DNA of 32,000 bases, from NCBI RefSeq assembly GCF_000008665.1, contig NC_000917.1, positions 270,001-302,000 on the forward strand, in the 5' to 3' direction. The translations under genes and the position numbers were made by a program. The notes beneath the pieces were generated by a model. That model made no database searches and had not been told where the DNA came from. It saw nothing but the letters and a program-made list of their open reading frames with translations. Of this stretch, positions 21,051 to 29,954 are shown piece by piece (the first letter of the stretch is position 1; each line of letters starts with the position of its first letter). The stretch comes from Archaeoglobus fulgidus DSM 4304. Its GTDB lineage: Archaea > Halobacteriota > Archaeoglobi > Archaeoglobales > Archaeoglobaceae.

Positions 21051-22025
21051 CTATCGGAGAACCCCTGCTAACCTCGCAACCTTCAGAGCCTTGCCAAAAC
21101 CAAGCCCCTCGATGTAGTCTTCAACTGCCTTAAACCTCACTTTTTGCTGAACTTCCCTCCTCTTCTCCAGAAACTTCCTGAGCTCTCTGATAGCGTCGAT
21201 TTTTGACTTCAAAATTGCAAAATTGCCCCTCAGGCAGAAGAACAGCATCGAGCTGAAATTTCTCAGGATGAAGTAAGGAAACTCCCTCAGAAGTAAATCC
21301 CTGGGCACGTTCTTAACCACACTCCACACCCAGTTCCTGCTGTTGTAATACACAGAGAAATCCGATAAGAAGCCCGTAGATGCTGAGTGTAGGTGATAAG
21401 CTATGGCCGTTGGAACGTACAGAATCTTCCAACCTCTAATCAATGCTCTTAAACTCAAATCCACATCCTCGTTATACATGAAGTAGTCCTCATCAAACAA
21501 ACCCACGTCCTCGAAAAGGCTTCTGCGATACATTGCAGCCGCAGCGCATGCTCCGGCAACGTAGCAAGGCTCGTCAAACTGCCCCTCATCCTTCTCCAAA
21601 AACCCCCTCTCCATCACAGCCAGACCTCTGTGTATTGCATGTCCCGCCGAGTTTATTCGCCCGTCCTCAAACAGTATTTTGGATGCAAAGATTCCCGCCC
21701 TTAAATCATCTGCAGCCTTCAGCATCTCTTCTGCCCAGTTTCTTTCCAGAAAGGCATCGTTGTTTACGAGGGCAACGAATTTAGTGTTTGCCATTTCAAT
21801 TCCCTGATTGGCAGCCTTGGCAAACCCCAAATTCTCCTCATTCCGAATAACCTCAAACCGAGAGTAATAATCCTCAAAATTCCTCAAAATATCTCTGGAT
21901 CCATCTGTTGAACCGTTGTCTATCACCAGAACTCTGAGTTTTCTGTAAGTCTGGTTTATTATGGAATTCAGGCATTCTTTCAGGTATTTTTCCCCGTTGT
22001 AGTTAACCACTATGAAGGTCAGCAT
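21051..22025 (-). CDS. GT2 glycosyltransferase (rhamnosyltransferase-like)
   Basis: 324 aa. FIVVNYNGEKYLKECLNSIINQTY, VIDNGSTDGS, LVNNDAF, and a DVDLSLR-type second half. Overlaps the upstream GT2 gene by 7 nt. Confidence 0.85.
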   Translation of the reverse strand: MLTFIVVNYNGEKYLKECLNSIINQTYRKLRVLVIDNGSTDGSRDILRNFEDYYSRFEVIRNEENLGFAKAANQGIEMANTKFVALVNNDAFLERNWAEEMLKAADDLRAGIFASKILFEDGRINSAGHAIHRGLAVMERGFLEKDEGQFDEPCYVAGACAAAAMYRRSLFEDVGLFDEDYFMYNEDVDLSLRALIRGWKILYVPTAIAYHLHSASTGFLSDFSVYYNSRNWVWSVVKNVPRDLLLREFPYFILRNFSSMLFFCLRGNFAILKSKIDAIRELRKFLEKRREVQQKVRFKAVEDYIEGLGFGKALKVARLAGVLR

Positions 22026-22879
22026 CTTCTCCCTTTCCTACTTAAAATTCCGTGAACCACCCCTTTAAGGTATTGGATGATGTCACCTTTCCTCTTCAGC
22101 CTCACCAAATAGTATAAAACCCTCAGCGGCTCGGTAATCAGCGCATAGAAAAACATCGCTTTTCCAGCTCTTCTCGCCACTATCAGCCAGTTTCTGGCAG
22201 TATAGTAAAGATAATGGGGGCTGAACAGTCCCAGGGAGGCAGATACCTTGTGTCTCACCACAGCTTTGCATACGGCGAGCCTGTAACCCTTCTTCCTCGC
22301 TCTTATGCACCACTCCGTCTCCTCGTGCATCATGAAAAGCTCCTCGTCAAAGAAGCCCACGTCCTTCAAAGCCGAGCTTCTTATCAGCATCGCACATCCA
22401 ACAAGCCCAAAAGGAGAGTCGAAACTTATCTCAACCTCAACCATCTTGTTCTTCAAATGCAAAACAGGATATCCAAGAAAAATGCGTGTGCCAGCAGACC
22501 ATATTCTTTCGTCGCCGTAGTACTTCACCACAGGCTGACAGGCTGCAATTGTCTCATCTTCTTCCATCTCTGAGACCATTCTTTCTACTGCATCCCTCTC
22601 AAAAACCACGTCGTTGTTGGAAATCAGCACGTAATCGGCTTTGTCAATAACAGCTCTAATGCCAGCATTGCAACCTCCCGCATACCCCCTGTTCTCACCG
22701 AGTTCTAGCATTTCAACCTGAGGATACTTCCTTCTGAGCTTCTCTATCACCTCTCTCTCCGATCCGTTGTCCACCACAACTACCCTGCACGGATATGTCT
22801 GGTTCAAGAGGGAGTCTATGCATTCAGCGGTATCATCGAAATTGTTGTAGTTCACAACGATTGCGTAAACAGTCCTCAT
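22019..22879 (-). CDS. GT2 glycosyltransferase (rhamnosyltransferase-like)
   Basis: 286 aa. AIVVNYNNFDDTAECIDSLLNQTY, VVDNGSE, ISNNDVVF, MHEETEWCIRARKKGY. The start overlaps the rfbC stop. Confidence 0.85.
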   Translation of the reverse strand: MRTVYAIVVNYNNFDDTAECIDSLLNQTYPCRVVVVDNGSEREVIEKLRRKYPQVEMLELGENRGYAGGCNAGIRAVIDKADYVLISNNDVVFERDAVERMVSEMEEDETIAACQPVVKYYGDERIWSAGTRIFLGYPVLHLKNKMVEVEISFDSPFGLVGCAMLIRSSALKDVGFFDEELFMMHEETEWCIRARKKGYRLAVCKAVVRHKVSASLGLFSPHYLYYTARNWLIVARRAGKAMFFYALITEPLRVLYYLVRLKRKGDIIQYLKGVVHGILSRKGRRC

Positions 22880-23373
22880 TTATGCGGAGGATAAAACCAG
22901 TCCCACGGCTTTCCGCAGCGAGGGTCGTCTTCCCTGCCGTTTATCTTTGCAGGCACAATTGTGGAGTCGTTCCAGGGCCTCCTCACCTCGTCGGGATTCT
23001 CGTAGTCATACAGTCTGCTGACGAAATACACCAGCACTGCAGGCTCCACCCCAATCGCCTTGAAGCCGTGCCAGTAATGTCCCGGCACCCTCACAACCTG
23101 AAGGTTTTTGCCCGTCGAAACTATTTCTGCCAGCTCCTGAGTTTCATCATCGTAGGCACATATCTTTATCGCCCCGCCTATGCAGACGAAGTAGTCCACC
23201 TGCCCCCTCTCATGCTTGTGCCAAGCCCTCACGATTCCCGGATAGGTCACGGACATGTTCGCCTGAAGGATTTCATCCTCAAAAACATCCCAGTCTCTTC
23301 GCATTATCTCCGTGAAGAAACCCCTCTCGTCTGCGAAGGTTTTGAGCGGTTTAACAACGATACCTGGCAGCAT
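22876..23373 (-). CDS. rfbC: dTDP-4-dehydrorhamnose 3,5-epimerase (short cupin form)
   Basis: FADERGFFTEI, AWHKHERGQVDYF, PGHYWHGFKAIG. The ATG at 23373, preceded by GGTGGT, is preferred to the TTG at 23388 of the ORF track. Confidence 0.85.
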   Translation of the reverse strand: MLPGIVVKPLKTFADERGFFTEIMRRDWDVFEDEILQANMSVTYPGIVRAWHKHERGQVDYFVCIGGAIKICAYDDETQELAEIVSTGKNLQVVRVPGHYWHGFKAIGVEPAVLVYFVSRLYDYENPDEVRRPWNDSTIVPAKINGREDDPRCGKPWDWFYPPHK

Positions 23374-23384
23374 ACTACCACCAA

Positions 23385-24242
23385 TCAAACCAAACCCTTC
23401 TCAGCTAAATAATCTCTTAAAGCTTCCCTCCAGTGCCTCATCTTAATGCCAATTCTTTCGAGTTTGTAGTTTTGCAGGGCAGAGAAAGCTGGCCTTCTCG
23501 CCAATCTGTTAAGCTCGCTCGACTTTATTGGCTGAATTTCCACATCCCAGTCGAGAATTTCGAATATTGCCTTCGTAAACTCAAACCACGAGCAGTATCC
23601 GTCGTTTACCATGTGGTAAATTCCGTAGTCGGGGCGGAGTTTGAGAAACTCTCTAACAGCGAGGGCCACGTCCTTGGTATAGGTGGGGCTCATAAACTGG
23701 TCCGCAACAATCCTCAGCTCCTGCCCCTTTCTCGCCATATCCACCACCCAGTTTACGAAGTTACCGCCCTTTCCGCTCGCCCCGGCCTTCCCGTATAGAC
23801 TTGCAACCCTGATCACGTAGTGTTTTTCCGAGTAGTTTTTCGTGAGAATTTCTCCGGCATACTTGCTCGCTCCGTAAACGTTTATAGGATTTGGCTTATC
23901 TGTCTCGACATAGGGCTCTCCCTTCTCACCATCGAAAACGTAGTCTGTACTGATGTAAATGTTAACCGCATCAATTTCCGAAGAGATTCTGGCCACATTA
24001 AGCGCCCCGATGGCGTTGACCGCAAAGGCCTTTTCCGCATGATTCTCCGCATCATCAACTCTGACATAGGCAGCGGTGTTTATGATAACGTCGGGGTGGA
24101 TGTCTCTCAGCACTTCAAGGCTTTCAGACACTGCAACATCAACATCCTCATGAGTAAGCGGATAAACTGTGAACTCCTCCTTAAGAACGTCAACAAGGTC
24201 CGTTCCAAGCTGGCCTTTGGCTCCTATTACCGCTACCTTCAT
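23385..24242 (-). CDS. rfbD: dTDP-4-dehydrorhamnose reductase
   Basis: 285 aa. MKVAVIGAKGQLG Rossmann start, STDYVFDG, YGASKYAGE (YxxxK). Sits between rfbB and rfbC. Confidence 0.9.
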   Translation of the reverse strand: MKVAVIGAKGQLGTDLVDVLKEEFTVYPLTHEDVDVAVSESLEVLRDIHPDVIINTAAYVRVDDAENHAEKAFAVNAIGALNVARISSEIDAVNIYISTDYVFDGEKGEPYVETDKPNPINVYGASKYAGEILTKNYSEKHYVIRVASLYGKAGASGKGGNFVNWVVDMARKGQELRIVADQFMSPTYTKDVALAVREFLKLRPDYGIYHMVNDGYCSWFEFTKAIFEILDWDVEIQPIKSSELNRLARRPAFSALQNYKLERIGIKMRHWREALRDYLAEKGLV

Positions 24243-24243
24243 T

Positions 24244-25242
24244 CTACCATCTCAGCTTCCATGGCGTGGGATGCAAAATCCTCTCATCAGCCAGAGGCCT
24301 CCACCACCACTCGTTTTGCAGGTACCACTCAACAGTCCTCCTTATCCCTTCTTCAAAGCTAATCTTTGGCCTCCATTTCAGCTCTCTCATTATCTTCCAC
24401 GAGTCGAGGGAGTAGCGAACGTCATGTCCTGGTCTATCCTCAACATACTCAATCAGGCTCTCGTCTTTCCCCATGATTTCCAGAATCGTTTTTACAATCT
24501 CAAGGTTCGTTCTTTCCTCTCCGCTTGAAATGTTGTAAACTTCTCTTCTCTCCCCCTTCTCCATAACCTCCCAGACTGCTCTACAGTGGTCCTCGACGTA
24601 AATCCAGTCCCTCACGTTCATTCCGGTTCCGTAGATTGGGACGCTCAGATTCATTTTTGCCCTTATTATGGTCTTCGGAATCAGTTTTTCCGGGAATTGA
24701 TAGGGCCCATAGTTGTTCGTGCACCTTGTAATGGATGCGTTTAGGTTGTAAGTCCTTGCATAGCCGAGGACCAGCATGTCTGCAGCAGCTTTACTTGCTG
24801 AGTAGGGTGAGGAAGGCATCAACCCGTCCTTTTCCGTAAAGGAGCCTTTTTCAATGTCCCCGTAAACCTCATCCGTGCTGACGTGCACCAATCTTACCTC
24901 AGGATTGCACTTTCTCACTGCTTCGAGAATCGTATACACTCCAAGAAAGTTACTCTCGATGAAGGCATAGGGACTGGATATACTCCTGTCCACATGGCTC
25001 TCTGCAGCGAAGTTCACCACCGCATCTACCTTCTTAATCAGATCAGAGACGAGTTCATAGTCGTTTATATCCCCTTTGATGAAGCTGTATCTCTCATCCT
25101 CTGCCAAGTCTTTCAGATTTTCCGGATTGGAGCCGTACTTCAGAGCATCGAGGTTCAGAATCTCTACCTGGTGGTGAGCAAGAGCGTACCTAACGAAGTT
25201 GGAGCCGATGAACCCCATTCCTCCCGTAACAAGAATTCTCAT
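24244..25242 (-). CDS. rfbB: dTDP-glucose 4,6-dehydratase
   Basis: MRILVTGGMGFIGSNF, STDEVYG, YSASKAAADM. The ATG at 25242 with an upstream GAGGTG is preferred to the TTG at 25254. Confidence 0.9.
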   Translation of the reverse strand: MRILVTGGMGFIGSNFVRYALAHHQVEILNLDALKYGSNPENLKDLAEDERYSFIKGDINDYELVSDLIKKVDAVVNFAAESHVDRSISSPYAFIESNFLGVYTILEAVRKCNPEVRLVHVSTDEVYGDIEKGSFTEKDGLMPSSPYSASKAAADMLVLGYARTYNLNASITRCTNNYGPYQFPEKLIPKTIIRAKMNLSVPIYGTGMNVRDWIYVEDHCRAVWEVMEKGERREVYNISSGEERTNLEIVKTILEIMGKDESLIEYVEDRPGHDVRYSLDSWKIMRELKWRPKISFEEGIRRTVEWYLQNEWWWRPLADERILHPTPWKLRW

Positions 25243-25250
25243 CTTCCACC

Positions 25251-26309
25251 TCAAAGCAGGATCTCGGAGTAATCCCCAATGGTGAATCTTAGGAACCTCT
25301 TTCTGTCGTTCTTTCTGATTCTGACTTTCCTCCCAATGAGACTCTCCTCAATTCTCTCCACACCCTCGATAATTGACTCGCTGAGAACTATGCAGTATTC
25401 AAGCGAGCTGTTTTTAATGACCGTTCTTTCACCAACGCTCGTGTAGGGCCCGATGAACGAGTTCTCGATTATGCAGTCTTCCCCGATGACCGCTGGCCCC
25501 CTTACGATGCTGTTAGTTATTTTTGCCCCTTCTCCAACCTCAACTCTTCCCTCAATTTGCGACGCCAAAACCTCTCCCTTTACACTCCTTTTTGCCCTCT
25601 CATCGAGAATCGTTGCGTTCACCTTCAGTATGTCCTCTGCCTTGCCTGTGTCGAACCACCAACCCTTCAGTTTAGCATATCCCACATTGTAACCGTTTTC
25701 AATCATTTTTTGTAGCGTGTCGGTGATTTCAAGTTCTCCTCTCCAGCTCGGTTTTAGGTCTTTGATTATGTCAAAAACAACTGGTTTGAACATATATACA
25801 CCAATTACCGCGTAGTTGCTTGGAGGTTCTTTTGGCTTCTCAATGAGTCCGACCAGTCTCTCGCCCTCAAACTTGGCAACACCAAAGGCTCTTGGATCCT
25901 CAACCTCCTTGAGAAGTATGAAGGCGTCAAAATCTTCCTCGTCAAATCTCTTAACGTATTCCTTTATACCATCCTGAATCAGGTTGTCGCCGAGATAAAC
26001 TACAAACTTTTCATCACCGACGAAGTCTTTGGCAAGATAGACTGCATGAGCAATACCGAGTGGCTTACCCTGATGGATGTATGTAATCTTGCATCCGAAC
26101 CTCGAACCATCTCCGTAGTGCTCTTCCACCATTTCTGGATAGGTCTCCCCCAAAATTATGGCTACCTCTTTGATTCCTGCACCAATCATGTCCTCAAGGC
26201 AATACTGGGAAACCGGCTTGTTGGCTACGGGAATCAGCTGCTTTGGCCCCGTAAAGGTTAGTGGTCTTAATCGGGTGCCGGCACCACCGTGAAGCAGTAC
26301 GCCCTTCAC
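25251..26309 (-). CDS. rfbA: Glucose-1-phosphate thymidylyltransferase (long form with C-terminal left-handed beta-helix)
   Basis: 352 aa with a GTG start. LHGGAGTRLRPLTFTGPKQLIPVANKP nucleotidyltransferase signature; hexapeptide-like repeats in the C-terminal third. Confidence 0.9.
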   Translation of the reverse strand: MKGVLLHGGAGTRLRPLTFTGPKQLIPVANKPVSQYCLEDMIGAGIKEVAIILGETYPEMVEEHYGDGSRFGCKITYIHQGKPLGIAHAVYLAKDFVGDEKFVVYLGDNLIQDGIKEYVKRFDEEDFDAFILLKEVEDPRAFGVAKFEGERLVGLIEKPKEPPSNYAVIGVYMFKPVVFDIIKDLKPSWRGELEITDTLQKMIENGYNVGYAKLKGWWFDTGKAEDILKVNATILDERAKRSVKGEVLASQIEGRVEVGEGAKITNSIVRGPAVIGEDCIIENSFIGPYTSVGERTVIKNSSLEYCIVLSESIIEGVERIEESLIGRKVRIRKNDRKRFLRFTIGDYSEILL

Positions 26310-26328
26310 GATAAAAGAGGGAAATTGA

Positions 26329-26336
26329 TTTATAAA
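26329..26336 (-). promoter_or_regulatory. Candidate TATA box (TTTATAAA) for the rfbA-B-D-C-GT2-GT2 operon
   Basis: Palindromic TTTATAAA 19 nt from the GTG at 26309, in the 45-nt gap after the manC remnant. Confidence 0.4.
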
Positions 26337-26354
26337 ATATTGTCGGTTTTAACT

Positions 26355-27696
26355 CTAACCTCTCCCAAAATCGTCCTCGAACCTTTCTATGTCATCCTCC
26401 TCCAGATAATCTCCAATCTGCACCTCAATTATCTCAAGAGGGATTTTTCCGGGGTTCTCTATTCTGTGCAGAGAGCCGGCAGGGACAAAAGTGCTCTCTC
26501 TCTTCCTCAGCAGTATCTCTTTCCCATCAACAACAATCCTTGCAGTACCGTTCACGACAATCCAGTGCTCGCTTCTGTGATAGTGTCTCTGCAGGCTAAT
26601 TCTCTTGCCGGGTTTGACTGTAATTCGCTTAATCTTGTAGTTGTTCTCCTCCAGAACTGTGTAGCCCCCCATGGTCTGAAGGCGGTTCTGTGGATAATTG
26701 CCCTCTTGTCGTTTTTAGTTTTGAGGATGTTATAGACTTCTTTAACCTTCTCGGCGCTTCCCCTCTTTGCCACAAGCATTGCATCGTCAGTGTCTATTAT
26801 AAGAAGGTTCTCCACGTCAATGAGCGTGGTTAACCTCTCCGCAACCACCAAATTTCCCTTTGAGTTGACCGCAATAACTTCACTTCCAGCCACTGCATTA
26901 CTGCTCTCATCTTTATGCAGGTACTCATAAATAGCATCGAAACTGCCCATATCACTCCATTCTACATCAATTGGCACCACAGCTACTCTCTCCGATTTTT
27001 CTACAATGCCATAGTCAATCGAAATTTCCGGAACTTCAGCATATGCTCCCACACCTTTTTCGAAAATGCGCAGCATTTCCGGAGCGTGCCTTTTTAACTC
27101 CTCCTTAAAAAGAGTACTGTCAAAAAGAAACATGCCGCTGTTCCATAGGTAGCCCTCCTTTATGAGCCTCTGCCATCCTTAAATCTGGCTTCTCATGGAA
27201 ATCCTCTACCCTGAACGCGCCCTCAAGGTCATTACCCGGCTTGATGTACCCGTAACCAGAATGTGCTTTTGTCGGCCTAATGCCAAAGGTAACCAGAAAT
27301 CTATCGCTGAACTTTTCTGCAATTCTGAACGCTTTGATGCACTCCTCATTGACCTCTACGATATGGTCAGATGGCAGAACAGCGAAATTTCCGTCTCCTG
27401 CTTTCATCATGGCATAGCAGATTGCTGGTAATGTATTTTTGGCTTCTGGCTCAAGCAGTATGTTCTCTTCTGGAATTTTTACCCCCTAAATCGTCAAGAT
27501 CATCTGAAACTCTGAATCTGTACTCTTCGTTAGTAACCACGTATATATCACTTGCATCGGAAAATATCAAGGCTCTTCTGACAGTCTTCTGAAAAAGAGA
27601 TTCTCCAAATAATCGTTAAAACTGCTTGGGCATGGCTTCCCTGCTAAGCGGCCAGAGACGTGTCCCCTTCCCGCCTGCAAGTATTATGGTTTTCAT
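26355..27696 (-). pseudogene. manC: Mannose-1-phosphate guanylyltransferase / mannose-6-phosphate isomerase (bifunctional type II), multiply disrupted
   Basis: The pieces MKTIILAGGKGTRLWPLSREAMPKQF*, RLFGESLFQKTV..., ILLEPEAKNTLPAICYA..., EGYLWNSGMFLF... and RPWGGYTVLEE...RHYHRSEHWIVVNG (cupin) cover a whole manC. Reading through requires crossing one in-frame TAA (27616-27618) and three frame changes. Confidence 0.85.
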
Positions 27697-27780
27697 TGTA
27701 TCTGGTTTATTGTTCTGAACATAATTTTTTCTGATGTTGTATCTGAGTAAAAATGAAAAACCACCTTGTAAACTTATAAC

Positions 27781-28854
27781 GTGGAAGTTGTGTTCATTTA
27801 CGACGCAGTTTACCCTTGGGTAAAGGGCGGGGTTGAAAAAAGGATTTACGAGATAGGTAAAAGGCTCTCCCATTGGGGATTCAGAGTTAAATGGCTCTGT
27901 GCCGGGTGGTGGGGCAAAGAGCAGAGAAAATTAGAAGGGATTGAGCTGATACCCGTTTGCGGTCCCTTGAGGCTTTACTCGGGAGAGAGGAGAAGTATCA
28001 GCTCAGCTCTTTCATTTGCGTTGAGTCTGGCAAAGAACGCAAAAATCAATGCAGACGTTCTGGACTGCCAGGTTTTCCCATATCTTTCGGTTTTTCCCTT
28101 CTTCAGGAGAAGGAATTTGGTGCTCACGTGGCACGAGTATTGGGGGGACTACTGGAAGGAGTATCTGGGATATGCGGGATTATTTGGCAGGCAAATTGAG
28201 AGAATTGTTGCTTCACTCGACAGAAAGATGGTTGCGGTATCTGAAACAACCGCCCGAAACCTCCTGAATCTTGGTGTGAAAAATGTTGAGGTAATTCCCA
28301 ACGGAATCGACTTTGAATTTATAAGGAGGGTCGAAGCGTCTGAAGAATCACTGGATGTGGTTTTTGCAGGCAGGCTGATAAAGGAGAAAGGTGCTGATTT
28401 GCTAATCAAAGCGATGAAGCTCCTCCCTGATTACAGTTGCCTTATTGTAGGTGAGGGGCCGGAAAAAGCCAGTTTAATCAAGTCAGCTCCCGAAAATGTC
28501 AAGTTTGCTGGCTTTATGAACTATGGGTATCTGATAGCGACGCTGAAAAGCGCAAAGGTTTTTGTTCTTCCCTCCAGAAGAGAGGGTTTCGGAATTGCAG
28601 CCCTCGAAGCTAACGCCTGCGGTCTGCCTGTTGTTACTATAAACCACCCAATGAATGCTGTGGTGGAGATTGCGAGAGAAACCGGGTTCATAGCCTCACC
28701 TTCTCCCCAAGACATTGCCGAAAAAATTAAAATTGCGATGGAGTCAAGGAAAAAAATGAGGAGAAGATGTGTGGATTACGCCAGAAAGTTCGACTGGAGC
28801 GTTATAGCAAAAAAGATGGCTGATTTCTATGATAACTGTGGTTCTTCCGACTAA
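27781..28854 (+). CDS. GT4 (GT-B fold) glycosyltransferase
   Basis: 357 aa with a GTG start. YPWVKGGVEKRIYE N-terminus; LPSRREGFGIAALEANACGLPVV (E-x7-E region). Confidence 0.85.
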   Translation: MEVVFIYDAVYPWVKGGVEKRIYEIGKRLSHWGFRVKWLCAGWWGKEQRKLEGIELIPVCGPLRLYSGERRSISSALSFALSLAKNAKINADVLDCQVFPYLSVFPFFRRRNLVLTWHEYWGDYWKEYLGYAGLFGRQIERIVASLDRKMVAVSETTARNLLNLGVKNVEVIPNGIDFEFIRRVEASEESLDVVFAGRLIKEKGADLLIKAMKLLPDYSCLIVGEGPEKASLIKSAPENVKFAGFMNYGYLIATLKSAKVFVLPSRREGFGIAALEANACGLPVVTINHPMNAVVEIARETGFIASPSPQDIAEKIKIAMESRKKMRRRCVDYARKFDWSVIAKKMADFYDNCGSSD

Positions 28855-29944
28855 AAACGAGGAGAAGGCGATTGAGGAAATAGTGAAAAAATGTTTGGTG
28901 GTTGGGGTTAAGGAGATAATCGTTGTAGATGACTCTACCGACTCAACGCCGGAAATTGCGGAAAAGCTTGGATGCAGGGTGATAAAGAACGTCAAAGGTT
29001 ACGGCAATGCCTACTTGGAGGGTTTAAAGCATGCAAGTGGTGATATCATTGTTCTGATGGATGCAGACGGAACCTACGACCCAGCTGAGATACCTAAACT
29101 TGTTGAGCCAATTTTAAGGGATGAGGCGGATGTTGTTATCGGCAGCAGGTTTAAAGGCAAAATAATGCCCGGCGCTATGCCCTGGCACCACAAATATTTG
29201 GGAAACCCCCTCCTCACAAAGCTAACAAACTTCCTGTTCGGGACGGGATTCAGCGATGTCCACAGCGGTTTTAGGGCAATAAAAAAAAGTTCACTCTCCC
29301 AACTCGACCTCAAATGTCCGGGAATGGAGTTTGCAACGGAATTTGTTCTCAAAACAACGATGAGCGGTTTGAGACTGCTGGAGGTTCCCGTAACATACTA
29401 CCCCCGGAAGGGAGATAGCAAGCTGAGGTCGTTCAGGGATGGTTGGAGGCATCTCAGGCTAATTCTCGCCACCTCTCCAGGCCATGTTTTTCTAATCCCA
29501 TCCATATTTCTGACTTTAATCGGCGTTGCAGTCATGACCTACGTCCTGACCTTTGAACCGATAAGGACACATACTCTGATTCTCGGAACACTTTTAACTC
29601 TCATTGGTATCCAGACCTTCTTTTTCGGCGTTTCGGGAAAGCTGTACTCAAGGCAGATTGGATTCAGGAGAGACGATAGAATAACGTCTTTTTTCAGCAG
29701 ATACTCGACCATCGAGGGGTTAATGCTTGCTGGGTTAGCAATTCTCGCACTCGGCTTTTATCTCGGTTACAGAATAGTTTCATTCTGGCTTGCTAAAGGA
29801 TTTGGGTCTTTGGACGAATTTAATGATGCAATTCTTTCCATGTTGCTCATTTTTTCAGGATTTCAGATAATCCTGAGTTCTCTTTTCCTCAGCATGTTTC
29901 TGCTGAACGAGAGCAATGGAGAAAAAGTAATATTGAAATCATAA
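28829..29944 (+). CDS. GT2 polyprenyl/dolichyl-phosphate glycosyltransferase (Dpm1/GtrB-like) with a C-terminal membrane domain
   Basis: VVLPTKNEE, VVDDSTDST, LMDADGTYD (DxD), followed by about four hydrophobic helices (VFLIPSIFLTLIGVAVMTYVL etc.). Confidence 0.8.
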   Translation: MITVVLPTKNEEKAIEEIVKKCLVVGVKEIIVVDDSTDSTPEIAEKLGCRVIKNVKGYGNAYLEGLKHASGDIIVLMDADGTYDPAEIPKLVEPILRDEADVVIGSRFKGKIMPGAMPWHHKYLGNPLLTKLTNFLFGTGFSDVHSGFRAIKKSSLSQLDLKCPGMEFATEFVLKTTMSGLRLLEVPVTYYPRKGDSKLRSFRDGWRHLRLILATSPGHVFLIPSIFLTLIGVAVMTYVLTFEPIRTHTLILGTLLTLIGIQTFFFGVSGKLYSRQIGFRRDDRITSFFSRYSTIEGLMLAGLAILALGFYLGYRIVSFWLAKGFGSLDEFNDAILSMLLIFSGFQIILSSLFLSMFLLNESNGEKVILKS

Positions 29945-29954
29945 TACTGCCTTC

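Noticed and set aside
22795-24362. Long plus-strand ORFs (22795..23412, 23433..23798, 23820..24362) opposite rfbC and rfbD
   Set aside because: They are antisense to genes with strong family motifs, have no recognisable motifs of their own, and show biased composition typical of shadow frames.
26289-26735. 148-aa plus-strand ORF spanning the rfbA start and the manC cupin region
   Set aside because: It is antisense to recognisable manC and rfbA coding sequence and crosses an intergenic promoter region, so it is probably a shadow ORF.
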